Virus record (IMG/VR): IMGVR_UViG_3300011008_000026
Coordinates: 1 to 64,000 of that record
Strand: one strand, 5' to 3'
Source of the DNA: a virus
Lineage: Duplodnaviria; Caudoviricetes
DNA length: 64,000 nucleotides
Positions 9,247 to 18,764 of the stretch are shown here, one piece after another (within the stretch, counting starts at the first letter, position 1; the number at the start of each line of letters is the position of its first letter). The notes under the pieces are model-generated. The model was not told the origin of the DNA, ran no database searches, and was given only the letters and a program-made list of their open reading frames with translations. The translations under genes and the position numbers were made by a program.

Positions 9247-10266
9247 TCAGGAGACGGTAACAGCCTTCTGCGTTCCCGTAAATGTCGGCTGGCTGACAGT
9301 GCCTTCCGGAGTTCCGGAAACAGACACGCTGCCAGAAGTTCCTGTGAACGACGGCTTGGAAACCGTGCCTCCAGGAGTAAACTTCCCGGAAGAAGACATC
9401 GTAGTTCCGTCAAACTTCAGATTCACGCCCGTTCCTGTAAAGGACGGCTGAGATGACGAAGCGCTGTCGATGCCGGTTACAATCGTCTTGCTGGTAAAAG
9501 TAGGCATAGTAACAGCCGTGGGAACGTTGGGCGTAAAGCTCCCTTCTGTCCAGCTGATTGTAAGTGTTTCTCCGGAGACGCTGGTGGTCAGCGTGGGCAA
9601 TGTGCACTGGGCGGCCGTTCCAGCCGTGCGGGAACCGCCTCCTGTCGCGGAAGCCGCCACATACCCCGTTGCAGTAGCCGGAGTTACGGTAATCGTAGGA
9701 GTAGAGATCGTTCCCGCAGGGGTGTAGTTTGCAGAACCTGTACCGACAGAGATTGTTCCGGCTGGAGTGCCGGACACAGAAACATTTCCTTCAGTTCCGG
9801 TGAAAGTCGGCTGAGAAACCCCGCCAGCCGGAGTGAACGTTCCTGTAGAAGTCATAGACGCACCTGTAAAAGTCGGCTGGCTGACAGTTCCGGCAGGAGT
9901 GTAGTTTCCGCTGGCGTTGTTCTTATACGCAAGATCCCCCAGATCGCTGAGGTTGATGTCGGTCGTACCGATCTTTTCCCACGTATAAGTCGAACCGTTG
10001 AGTACGGTAACGTATTCCGCGTACGTATCCTTACCGTCTTCAGTAGAGGCAGGAACAAGATAGAATTTACCCTTGGTCTCAGCCGAAGCCACAAGCGTGC
10101 CGGTGGCTGTGGTAGTTCCGCTGGTATACGTCACATCCTTCGGCGTGGTTGCGGCGCTTGTACACAAAACAAAGTTCACCGCGTTAGAAGCCATCTCCCG
10201 AGCTACAGTATCCTTAAGGTCGTATGTAGTGCCAGTCGGGAGCGTAATTTTACTAAGCTCTGGCAT
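9247..10266 (-). CDS. Thr/Ser-rich repetitive fibre protein
   Basis: Repeated TPAGTVSQPTFTG units; N-terminal MPELSKI..YDLKD.AR; WEKIG module. Confidence 0.65.
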   Translation of the reverse strand: MPELSKITLPTGTTYDLKDTVAREMASNAVNFVLCTSAATTPKDVTYTSGTTTATGTLVASAETKGKFYLVPASTEDGKDTYAEYVTVLNGSTYTWEKIGTTDINLSDLGDLAYKNNASGNYTPAGTVSQPTFTGASMTSTGTFTPAGGVSQPTFTGTEGNVSVSGTPAGTISVGTGSANYTPAGTISTPTITVTPATATGYVAASATGGGSRTAGTAAQCTLPTLTTSVSGETLTISWTEGSFTPNVPTAVTMPTFTSKTIVTGIDSASSSQPSFTGTGVNLKFDGTTMSSSGKFTPGGTVSKPSFTGTSGSVSVSGTPEGTVSQPTFTGTQKAVTVS

Positions 10267-10279
10267 AGTAGTATCCTCC

Positions 10280-10786
10280 TTATAACCTGTTGAAAATAAG
10301 TTCCTCTTCGTTGACAGAACAGTTGAGTTTGTTATTCCAGAAGTCTTTTTCGTCCGTTGTTACATGTTTTTCTTCGTCTTCTATATGTGCTTCAAGCACA
10401 TGTTGCAGCACGCTGATGTCGTTTGAAACAAACGGAAGATCAACAACGTAAGCATTTCCGTCTCCAACTTTTATGCCGGGGACAGGAATCTGATGACCAT
10501 CCTGCTCGATGAAATCGTAATCAGAATAGACAATAAGCTCTCCAAAACCCGGAATATACGTCGGAGTCAGACTCCATTCAGCAGTGGTTTTTACAGAGAT
10601 ATTCGCTGCGCTGAAATCCGACAGCTGTTTGTTTCCAACAACGGGGACACCGTTGATTGTCGGAATGTTTTTCAGCAGACTGTAATCATTCTCGTACACT
10701 TTCCGGACATTTTCAGCAGTTACTTTCACATTTGCCGGAGAATCAGACGCCTTAAGATGAATTCTGATGTCCTCTATTTTGCTCAT
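10280..10786 (-). CDS. Tail fibre-associated protein
   Basis: TTAEW...GE...IKVGDG...LP motif (Mtd/hyaluronidase N-terminal-like); HV...EK..WN. Confidence 0.55.
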   Translation of the reverse strand: MSKIEDIRIHLKASDSPANVKVTAENVRKVYENDYSLLKNIPTINGVPVVGNKQLSDFSAANISVKTTAEWSLTPTYIPGFGELIVYSDYDFIEQDGHQIPVPGIKVGDGNAYVVDLPFVSNDISVLQHVLEAHIEDEEKHVTTDEKDFWNNKLNCSVNEEELIFNRL

Positions 10787-11148
10787 GACTCTTCCACCTC
10801 CGGATCAGTTTCCTGATATGTTAACACAGCTTTGTAAAGAACATCATTAATATTAATTTTTACTTTGTCTGAAGCTCCTGCGTATCCTGTGTTATCAATC
10901 CACCGGACTTGCAATGTAACATCTCCAGGGGGAAGTTTCAATGTTTCTTCCTGTGTTAACCTTACGCGAATAATTGAGCTTAAAGGATCACCCGGATCCG
11001 TAAAAACAGAAAACCCTTCAGAATCCACGCTGTTCCATGTAATAATGTTTTGTGTTGGATATGTTTTCATACTTAAATAAACCTGACAGTCAGTTAAATC
11101 AACACCGTCTACTGTCAGTTGAATAGTTGGGGTTGTTCCCTGATACAT
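10783..11148 (-). CDS. BppU N-terminal-like protein
   Basis: MYQGTTPT...LTQEETL...QVR pattern. Confidence 0.6.
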   Translation of the reverse strand: MYQGTTPTIQLTVDGVDLTDCQVYLSMKTYPTQNIITWNSVDSEGFSVFTDPGDPLSSIIRVRLTQEETLKLPPGDVTLQVRWIDNTGYAGASDKVKININDVLYKAVLTYQETDPEVEES

Positions 11149-11275
11149 GTCTTCACCCCCTTCAAAAAGTATTATTTGAGTTTTCGATATGTTTCAGCCA
11201 ACGATAACCCTTTCTGATTAATCTAATTGTATCTGCTAAAAGCAAATTCTTTACTCGTGGTAAAATCATAAACCA

Positions 11276-11524
11276 TCAGGAGGTACCTGTATTTGCAAGT
11301 GCTGCCGCAACCCAGCTATAAGTTGGCATGCCGTTAGAAACAACAACTTGCAACAAATAAGTACCGTCTGTAGAAGGAGTTTCCGGGAGACAGGCTCCTT
11401 CAATGTTTTCAGACATTGCAGCGACCTCAGCCTTTAACTTCAACAATTCACTTCTTGCATAAGCATCTTTAATATTGCATATTTCGCCGTTGACTGTGGC
11501 TGATAATTTTGATATAACAGGCAT
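11276..11524 (-). CDS. Small structural protein
   Basis: MPVISKL...NIKDAYAR motif; P.TDGTY.L...V.NG..TY.W. Confidence 0.55.
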   Translation of the reverse strand: MPVISKLSATVNGEICNIKDAYARSELLKLKAEVAAMSENIEGACLPETPSTDGTYLLQVVVSNGMPTYSWVAAALANTGTS

Positions 11525-11542
11525 TGCTTTACCCCCTTGTTA

Positions 11543-11698
11543 TTATATTATTTCTATCGGAGGAGTTGGATCTCCTATATAAAGCACTTCGTTTTCTGGA
11601 AGCGCAAGAAAATCCAGTACAATTCGTGTTCTCAGCCAAGCATCTTTTAAGTCGCAAAGTCCTTCTCCCTCTGCGTAAATTTGTGATATTTCGGCCAT
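11543..11698 (-). CDS. 51-aa protein not in the ORF track (MAEISQIYAEGEGLCDLKDAWLR...)
   Basis: Translated by hand; AAGGAAG RBS upstream; shares the ..IS.I...DLKDA..R motif with three neighbours. Confidence 0.6.
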   Translation of the reverse strand: MAEISQIYAEGEGLCDLKDAWLRTRIVLDFLALPENEVLYIGDPTPPIEII

Positions 11699-11713
11699 GA
11701 AAATCGCTTCCTT

Positions 11714-12706
11714 TTAAGAGACTTTATACGAATAAACAGACAGCAATGACTTAAGCCAGTCTTCGATTGGCTCAGCTTCTACAAGTTCGTCTTTTGATTT
11801 GACGATTTGTTTATTTGTTTCATCGATCTTATTTAATGTCTTTTCATCGTCTACGTACTGGAGAAGTAAAGAATACTTGTTGAAGAACTTTATCAGCCGT
11901 TCGTGTGCAGCAGCAATATATTGCCCAACGCCTTCCTGATGCCACATTTTCCTTCTCATTTCATAATACGTTGCATATATGCAATACATAGCATAATAAC
12001 GCGCCTGGAAGCCAAATCCCCGTTCTTTCAAGTCGTTTACAAGACAGTCATAGCTGTCGATCATATGTGGCCACGTGTAAACTGTGTACATTTTACCGTT
12101 TTTTCGGCTGATAGATTCTGGATTATATTTCCATAAATAAAGAGAAATCTTGATAAACTTTGTTTTTTTCGCAATACTTCTTGCTAAAACATTGAACGCC
12201 GAGTCCTGATGTTCATGTAATTCCGAATGCCACTCAATGTGATGTTTTGTCAAAAAGTTTCTGCGATAAACTTTTCCGTGAACAAAAACAGCATCATTTT
12301 CATATAACCTGTATATGTACTTATCTTTATCAACGGGAATTTCTCCTGCGAAGTTGCAGACAATACATTCCGGATCGTCCTTTGTTGCATCTAGAATAAG
12401 ATTGATTGCAATATTGCTTAGAAACATATCGTCTGCGTCACAGTACATAATATAATCCGCAGATGATATATCGAACAGGTTCTTGCGGCATCCGGCTAGT
12501 CGAGAATGTTCAAATTTGTAATACTTGATCGAATAAGAATAGCTTTTGAGAAGCTCGTCTGATATAAAAGTTTCTGATCCGTCGTTGCCGATCAGAACTT
12601 CGACGTCTTTGAAATCTATATTCTGTTGCAATTCAATGCTGTTAAGCAAAGGTTTTATTAGTTTGTCATCTTCATTAAATTGAGTAATCAATATTTGTAA
12701 TCGCAT
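11714..12706 (-). CDS. Glycosyltransferase family 2
   Basis: IGNDGS, DYIMYCDADD (DxD motif), HGKVYRR.FL, HQDS.FN, Y.W.....SI. Confidence 0.85.
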   Translation of the reverse strand: MRLQILITQFNEDDKLIKPLLNSIELQQNIDFKDVEVLIGNDGSETFISDELLKSYSYSIKYYKFEHSRLAGCRKNLFDISSADYIMYCDADDMFLSNIAINLILDATKDDPECIVCNFAGEIPVDKDKYIYRLYENDAVFVHGKVYRRNFLTKHHIEWHSELHEHQDSAFNVLARSIAKKTKFIKISLYLWKYNPESISRKNGKMYTVYTWPHMIDSYDCLVNDLKERGFGFQARYYAMYCIYATYYEMRRKMWHQEGVGQYIAAAHERLIKFFNKYSLLLQYVDDEKTLNKIDETNKQIVKSKDELVEAEPIEDWLKSLLSVYSYKVS

Positions 12707-12742
12707 TTTAATCTCCTTTACAAACAATAGCAATCATAAAGG

Positions 12743-13414
12743 TTAGGACGGATCTGACGGAGTAACTACTAATTGGACTGTCCCTAATTCATGAAGTTGA
12801 TAGTTGTTTTCATTATCATATTTATAAAAAGTTAAAACATCACCCGTAATTTCTCCTACCAACGGAAAGCAACCATTGATCGTACTTGCATTCATAACAT
12901 GCACGATGTTGCTTGAATCTGAAACGGGGCAAATCTCAATAATACCAGAGCTAAACGAAATTCCCGTTCCAGAAGAAACAACCATTAAACAAGATTCAAG
13001 ATCAAGCTTATTATAATAATTATCATTCAAAGTGCTGTCATACATGGCAAGCTGAGTTGTAAGATAGTTTTGAGTAACATAACCGCTCAAATCGCTTTGA
13101 GATGCAAAGTTGACTAAATCGTTTTGAGATGCAAAGTTGACTAAATCGTTTTGAGATGCATAATTGGCTAAATCATCTGTTGTTACAATATCTTCTAAAG
13201 CAACAAGCATGCTGTTCCCAGCATATAACCGACCTGACTCATATACAACAGCGTTATCAGGGGCCAATGTTACTGCAAGATTGCTAAGAGATATTTTCAT
13301 GGATTCGTTTTCACTGCCGACGGTACCGTCATTGTAACATAGCAACATATAGCTATTATACTTGCTGTCATGATCGTTAAGAATTTGAGCTTCTGCTAAT
13401 TCACTTATTTTCAT
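12743..13414 (-). CDS. Structural/fibre protein with 9-aa repeats
   Basis: MKISEL start; ASQNDLVNF repeats. Confidence 0.55.
   Translation of the reverse strand: MKISELAEAQILNDHDSKYNSYMLLCYNDGTVGSENESMKISLSNLAVTLAPDNAVVYESGRLYAGNSMLVALEDIVTTDDLANYASQNDLVNFASQNDLVNFASQSDLSGYVTQNYLTTQLAMYDSTLNDNYYNKLDLESCLMVVSSGTGISFSSGIIEICPVSDSSNIVHVMNASTINGCFPLVGEITGDVLTFYKYDNENNYQLHELGTVQLVVTPSDPS
13089..13174. repeat. 27-bp coding tandem repeat, about 3 copies
   Basis: aaatcg(c/t)tttgagatgcaaagttgact at 13089, 13116 and 13143 (third copy diverged). Confidence 0.8.
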
Positions 13415-14631
13415 GTTCCTTCCTCCATTTCAATAGTTTCACCGTCTTCCGTTGTAAGGACTTCTCCATCTTCCATTTCCATGGCATTTTCAGTAAGATT
13501 ATCAAAATAATCTTCGTAATATGCAATTTCAGCTGCAGTTAAAGCTCTAAAGAATAAGCATTCTCTTACTCTCGTTGTCTGAACCGCTGAAGAAACACCC
13601 AGCGCTTCGATATCGGCCGCAGTTACGGCCTGCGCCGCAGTAACATGTCCTTCGCTGTTTGTTGTAATCTTATACAAACCAGAAGAAAACGCAGAGCCTT
13701 TATTTGTAACGGCGTGAGCATACGCAGCCGCACCGTAATCTCCTCGAAACGCAGAAGACGAAGTAGTTCCAAGTGTAATAGAAGATGTAATCTCAACATA
13801 TGTTGAGCCGCTCCAACGATAAGTTTTGTTTGTTGAAGCGTCGATATAGATCTTGTCCGATTCGCCTGTTACGGGCATAGCGGCAAGACTCTCGTACTCC
13901 AGAACGTCGTCAACATAAGAGGGGAGTTGCGAAGACGGAACTTTCCCGTTCTCATCCAACTCCGCAACTCCATAAGGCATACCCTTAAGAGCATAGTCAA
14001 TCTTGTTGTTCAGCACAGCCTGCGTGGCTGTAGAAATCGGCTTATCCGCATCGGATGTATTGTCCACCTGATCCAGCCCGACATCAGCCTGTGCCAGCTG
14101 CATATATTGCTTTAAAGCCGTTGCCGTGACTATGTTAGTCTGCGTTCCGTCAACTGTCTTTACGATTGCCGCTCTGGAAGAATCGAAGCTTATATCAACT
14201 TCATTTGCGTTGCTGGAAATACCGTCAAGCTTCAGCTTGTCCTGCGGCGACATAAGACCACTGGACATAGGAGATGCTACGTTATAAGTTGTATCAGAAT
14301 CTGGAGTTGTAATTGTTTGAAGAGTATTGTCGGAGCCGCTGATTCTTATAATATGCGGATCGCTCTGATCCTGTGTAAAACTATATGTCGTATTCGTCAA
14401 TGGCAATTGGGCTACGGGCACAAGGCCGTCTTGATCCAAAGAGGCAACCCCGTTGGCCACTCCTTTATCCGAAACGTCTACTTTTGAATCCAGCATCTCT
14501 TCAATTGTGTTCACAGCTGTTTCCATGGCATCCCAGTCCGGATAAACTTCATTCAGCTTTGAGGAGAAATGATTTAAGCCATTGACATCTAAAAACTTTT
14601 TGGTGTTCAAAGTCGCATAATCATTAGGCAC
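13411..14631 (-). CDS. Tail fibre protein
   Basis: KG..NGVA.LD..G.VP..QLP twice, VGL..VDNTSDADKPIS, GLMS..DK.KLD, P.TGE..KIY....NKTYRWSG. Confidence 0.7.
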   Translation of the reverse strand: MPNDYATLNTKKFLDVNGLNHFSSKLNEVYPDWDAMETAVNTIEEMLDSKVDVSDKGVANGVASLDQDGLVPVAQLPLTNTTYSFTQDQSDPHIIRISGSDNTLQTITTPDSDTTYNVASPMSSGLMSPQDKLKLDGISSNANEVDISFDSSRAAIVKTVDGTQTNIVTATALKQYMQLAQADVGLDQVDNTSDADKPISTATQAVLNNKIDYALKGMPYGVAELDENGKVPSSQLPSYVDDVLEYESLAAMPVTGESDKIYIDASTNKTYRWSGSTYVEITSSITLGTTSSSAFRGDYGAAAYAHAVTNKGSAFSSGLYKITTNSEGHVTAAQAVTAADIEALGVSSAVQTTRVRECLFFRALTAAEIAYYEDYFDNLTENAMEMEDGEVLTTEDGETIEMEEGT

Positions 14632-14763
14632 TGCAACAACCCCCTTTCTTTAAATTTATAATGTTAAGTTTTATTAATAAGAATTAGAACAATGCGATAA
14701 TGCTTCTAAGTCAGTCTTCAAAACTGGGCAACGGATGCGTTAAAACCGGTCTGTATTTTTGAG

Positions 14764-17208
14764 TTATGAAAGAAGCGCCAGTAAAGCTTGGAGTTGTGCC
14801 TCGGTTATTGTAGTATTCCCGATCGTGAGGGAGGTATGGCAAGTCAGCGTTCCGGCGAGGTTCTCGTTGCCGGACCAATCAAGCGTGCGAGCGTTGGAGC
14901 GGGCATTATCGGCGGTGCCTTTACCTACGATTTCTACATATTGTCCTCTTGTATAATTATTTGTGCTATCAATAATATTATACTCACCGAATACATGTTG
15001 CGATTCACAATTCGCTATAGTACCATTTCCTTCGGCATGAGAATAAATTCCTGATGCTTGTGTATTATTTCCTTCGGCATGAGAATAAGGCCGACTCGCT
15101 GTTGTACTGCCTCCTTCAGCGTGAGCACCATAATTAGACGCTGTTGTATTACTTCCTTCGGCATGAGCACCATAACCAGATGCCGTTGTGTTAGCGCCTT
15201 CTGCATGAGAACCTGTGTTAGTTGCAGTTGTCGAATTTCCTTCTGCGATATTACCATTCCAACCAACTGTAAACACATTAGATCGTGCATTATCTGATGT
15301 TCCATTGCCGATTACAAATAAATATTGACCGGATTCATCCCAATGAGAACTTGAGAATTCAGCATCAGAATTAGCTGTTTTACATTTGTAAATAACAGTA
15401 CGCGTTCTTTGTGTGTTACTTCTGTCGGTAAATGTTTCTGTTCGAGATACAAGTGCCCCTGCTACGTATTGCCTGTTAGCAATCCATTCCGGAGCTGTAT
15501 CAAGAATATTATACTGTCCAGAAACGTGCTCTGCATAGCCTATAGCTGTTGTGCTTTCCCCTTCAGCATGAGATTGAGTTCCGCTCGCAGTCGTTCTGGC
15601 GCCTTCAGCATGTGAAGCTCTGCCAAATGCTTTTGTATTATCTCCTTCTGCGTGAGCATAATAATTGCTTGCAATTGTTTGTTGACCTTCGGCATGAGTT
15701 CCGTCGTGGCCCGAAATCGTACGATAGCCTTCCGCATGAGCATTATAACCGCTTGCGTTTGTAGTGAACCCCTCAGCATGAGCATAATCTCCGCTTGCGG
15801 TTGTATAAGAACCTTCAGTGTGAGCAGCATATCCACTGGCAGTTGTATTTGAACCTTCGGCATGAGACCCATCTCCGATTGCCCATGTTTGCAGACCTTC
15901 TGAATGAGAAAAAAAATTGCTCGCCTTTGTATAAGTACCTTCTGCGTGAGCGGCATATCCACTCGCACGCGTATTGCTTCCTTCGGCATGAGACCCATCT
16001 CCGATTGCCCATGTTTGCAGACCTTCTGAATGAGAATAGGCACCATGGGCTCCTGAGCCAGTATATGTAGTATTGTTTACCGTCTCTGTCGTGCCTGTAG
16101 ATCCAGCACCTTCCGCGTGTGACTCTAGTCCTTTTGCTGTTGTTCCGTAACCCTCAGAATGAGAATAATCGCCATCAGCATGTGTCCTTGAACCTTCTGC
16201 ATGAGATTGTGCTCCAGAAGCAGTTGTGGTAGCACCTTCTGCATGAGATTGTACTCCTGAAGCAGTTGTTCCGGCGCCTTCAGCATGAGCAGCTTCTTTA
16301 CTTGCGGTAGTTGAAACGCCTTCTGCATGAGATTGTATTCCTGAAGCAGTTGTGTTAGCACCCTCGGCGTGAGAGTTGTCGCCTGAAGCAGTTGTGTAAA
16401 CGCCTTCTGCATGAGATTGTGCTCCAGAAGCAGTTGTGTTAGCACCCTCGGCGTGAGAGTTGTCGCCTGAAGCAGTTGTGTAAACACCTTCAGCAACGCT
16501 TTGAGCGCCAACAGTAGTTCCTGATTTTCTACCCATCGAAATGCTTCCAGTAAATTCTGGGTTTGCTATCGGAGCAAAATTGTTATAAGCAGCGCTTGTT
16601 GTTAAATAACCGCTCAAATTGGTTTCTGTACTTCCAATCTTTTCCCATACAAAATTATTTTCATCTGTCTGAACAGTCAAATATTCATCATATATGTTTC
16701 TCGTTCCATTGATTGACGGAACAAGATAAATCTTATTCTTTGTAGACGCACTCGCAACAAGCGTTCCAACAACCGTCGTGTCTTGCTGGTCCTGTTCTGT
16801 AGCCGCAATTGTAAAACTGACTCCATATGGTGTATTTGCATCGGAAGAACAGACAATATAGTCTATTCCGGTAATCCCGGCCGCTGCAAAACTGGCGGGA
16901 GAGTATGCGCTGTTGACAATATTTCCTTCCGCATCCAGCGTCGCAAAGTTGCCTGAAACAGCGTTAGCCGCTTTGGTAGCATATGTACTTGCAGAGCTAA
17001 AAGCATCAAGCTTTGTCTTGTCTTCCGCAGACATAAGCCCTGCTGCTTGTTGAGTAGCTTCGTCATATTCAACAGAACTTGTGGATATTGAATTAATTGC
17101 ACTGACAAAGCCTGTTGGATAAACTAAAGAGTCTTCGGTTTCTGTTTTCGTTCGAATTGCATCCGCAACTGAAGTTAATTCAGAATCTGTTGTATAATAC
17201 CTTGGCAT
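14764..17208 (-). CDS. YadA-head-like (Hep/Hag) repeat adhesin or tail fibre
   Basis: More than 25 14-aa xxSHAEGxxTxASG repeats, two neck-like IG(N/K)GT...RSN motifs, CBM5/12-like insert. Confidence 0.8.
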   Translation of the reverse strand: MPRYYTTDSELTSVADAIRTKTETEDSLVYPTGFVSAINSISTSSVEYDEATQQAAGLMSAEDKTKLDAFSSASTYATKAANAVSGNFATLDAEGNIVNSAYSPASFAAAGITGIDYIVCSSDANTPYGVSFTIAATEQDQQDTTVVGTLVASASTKNKIYLVPSINGTRNIYDEYLTVQTDENNFVWEKIGSTETNLSGYLTTSAAYNNFAPIANPEFTGSISMGRKSGTTVGAQSVAEGVYTTASGDNSHAEGANTTASGAQSHAEGVYTTASGDNSHAEGANTTASGIQSHAEGVSTTASKEAAHAEGAGTTASGVQSHAEGATTTASGAQSHAEGSRTHADGDYSHSEGYGTTAKGLESHAEGAGSTGTTETVNNTTYTGSGAHGAYSHSEGLQTWAIGDGSHAEGSNTRASGYAAHAEGTYTKASNFFSHSEGLQTWAIGDGSHAEGSNTTASGYAAHTEGSYTTASGDYAHAEGFTTNASGYNAHAEGYRTISGHDGTHAEGQQTIASNYYAHAEGDNTKAFGRASHAEGARTTASGTQSHAEGESTTAIGYAEHVSGQYNILDTAPEWIANRQYVAGALVSRTETFTDRSNTQRTRTVIYKCKTANSDAEFSSSHWDESGQYLFVIGNGTSDNARSNVFTVGWNGNIAEGNSTTATNTGSHAEGANTTASGYGAHAEGSNTTASNYGAHAEGGSTTASRPYSHAEGNNTQASGIYSHAEGNGTIANCESQHVFGEYNIIDSTNNYTRGQYVEIVGKGTADNARSNARTLDWSGNENLAGTLTCHTSLTIGNTTITEAQLQALLALLS

Positions 17209-17280
17209 GCAACGACGCTCCTTTCTGTAAGGATAGAGCTGGGATAGAATTTTCTACCACGGCTTTTTTTTTAATTTCCA

Positions 17281-18240
17281 TTAAAAGCTTTGACCGTTTG
17301 CGCTGGGATCAACAGCCGCAATCGCCGAATCAATTTCAGCATTTGTCATAGCGATAATCGCCGAATACGCATCGGAAGCGTACTGTTTTACACCGTACAC
17401 AGTAATGGTGGCGGCTGTGTCGTTACTTGCTCCAAGAACAGCGTCAGCCGCTCCAGAAGCATCGTACGCATTGGCGTTAGTATAAGCGGCTGATCCGAGC
17501 CCGTGGACAGCAACATCTGTGTTGTCAACAGAAATAGTACCGTTGGTAGAACCTTCGGATACGCTCTGAACAGCATTGCCAATAGCGGCAAGCTGACTTC
17601 GAAGCTCCAAAGTAAGCTTGGAACCGTCAATACTGTTATCGGCAACTTCAGCTGTAATTTCGTGAGTCGCAGGATCAACAGTAACCATAACTGTGTCCCC
17701 GATCTGAGAACCTGAAGTCACATATTCGATTAAGCTGTCGACAGGAATGTATAAATTAGTGTTATCTGCGTTGGCAAGGATCAGATGGATATAAGTACCA
17801 GCTTCGCCCCATTCGCCAATAGTTGTTTTAGTTTCAACCGCACCGCCCTGAACAACCATGTCTTTGGGGATATTGATTACGCCAACGTCTGTACCAGTGC
17901 CTTCCCCGTTTTCATATTTCTTCAGTCGGTATACAGCCGCGTAATCGCCGCTGGAAGCATCTTGAACAATGGCATAAGAATCATTATTGCCGCCGCTGCC
18001 TCCGGATGCCTGGGAAACATACAAACCACGATACGCGCCTGTGTTAATTAGCTGAATGGCGTTGCCTGTCTGAGCAGAGATTCTAACGGAAATTTCATTG
18101 TCGTTCGAAACGCTAATAGAGTCGTTAGCGGCAACAACTTCATCCAGCTTTGAATTAAAACGATTCTTGATAAGGGTCCATAAATAACCAGCACCAGCAC
18201 CATCTATAAACTTTTTATTGGTGATGTTTTCGACTGCCAT
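17281..18240 (-). CDS. Structural/fibre protein
   Basis: KKFID..G..YLW, INIPKDMVV..G, YI.V..L, GLGSAAY and T.AEID motifs. Confidence 0.6.
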   Translation of the reverse strand: MAVENITNKKFIDGAGAGYLWTLIKNRFNSKLDEVVAANDSISVSNDNEISVRISAQTGNAIQLINTGAYRGLYVSQASGGSGGNNDSYAIVQDASSGDYAAVYRLKKYENGEGTGTDVGVINIPKDMVVQGGAVETKTTIGEWGEAGTYIHLILANADNTNLYIPVDSLIEYVTSGSQIGDTVMVTVDPATHEITAEVADNSIDGSKLTLELRSQLAAIGNAVQSVSEGSTNGTISVDNTDVAVHGLGSAAYTNANAYDASGAADAVLGASNDTAATITVYGVKQYASDAYSAIIAMTNAEIDSAIAAVDPSANGQSF

Positions 18241-18273
18241 AATAATTTCACTCCCTTACAAACTGTAGTTTTC

Positions 18274-18311
18274 GTAACAGAGGACGGCATATTTATGCCG
18301 TCCTCTGTTAC
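18274..18311. other. Perfect intergenic inverted repeat with 18-bp arms
   Basis: gtaacagaggacggcata-tt-tatgccgtcctctgttac; no U-tract on the coding strand. Confidence 0.75.
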
Positions 18312-18321
18312 ATAAATAAGT

Positions 18322-18750
18322 TTACATCTGTGTTAACCGTTGCATAAGAACATTGATTTGCTCTTGTTGTTTTGCAATTATTTCACGCATTTCTGCTATA
18401 GACAGAGGTTTTTCAACCGCTTCTTCTTGGTGCAGTTCCGGGGATTCCAGAGCTGGTTCAGGTTCAACAAGCTCCTGAGAAACAGTTTCTCCTTCTGACA
18501 ACAAAAGCTTAATGTCTTCATATTCACCTTGAGTGATTTCTACAACTTCAGATGCAGGATATAATCCCGCTTCTTCGGGGTGCGGTTTCATCCATGATGC
18601 ATAATATACATTTTTTTCGTCATAAGACTGAATAAACTGTCCGTCATCAACGTCGCATACAAACAGTTTCTGATATTTTTTGTTCCATTTTAAAAAAACA
18701 AAGCCAACATCTATGACTTCATTATCTTTTAGGATTTTAAAGAATGTCAT
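18322..18750 (-). CDS. Hypothetical phage protein
   Basis: ORF with RBS; EIT..EY motif and C-terminal coiled coil. Confidence 0.6.
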   Translation of the reverse strand: MTFFKILKDNEVIDVGFVFLKWNKKYQKLFVCDVDDGQFIQSYDEKNVYYASWMKPHPEEAGLYPASEVVEITQGEYEDIKLLLSEGETVSQELVEPEPALESPELHQEEAVEKPLSIAEMREIIAKQQEQINVLMQRLTQM

Positions 18751-18764
18751 TTAAACCACACTCC

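Noticed and set aside
15040-16510. Periodic repeats resembling a CRISPR array
   Set aside because: Degenerate in-frame 42-nt coding repeats (HAEG units), not identical repeats with unique spacers; no cas genes
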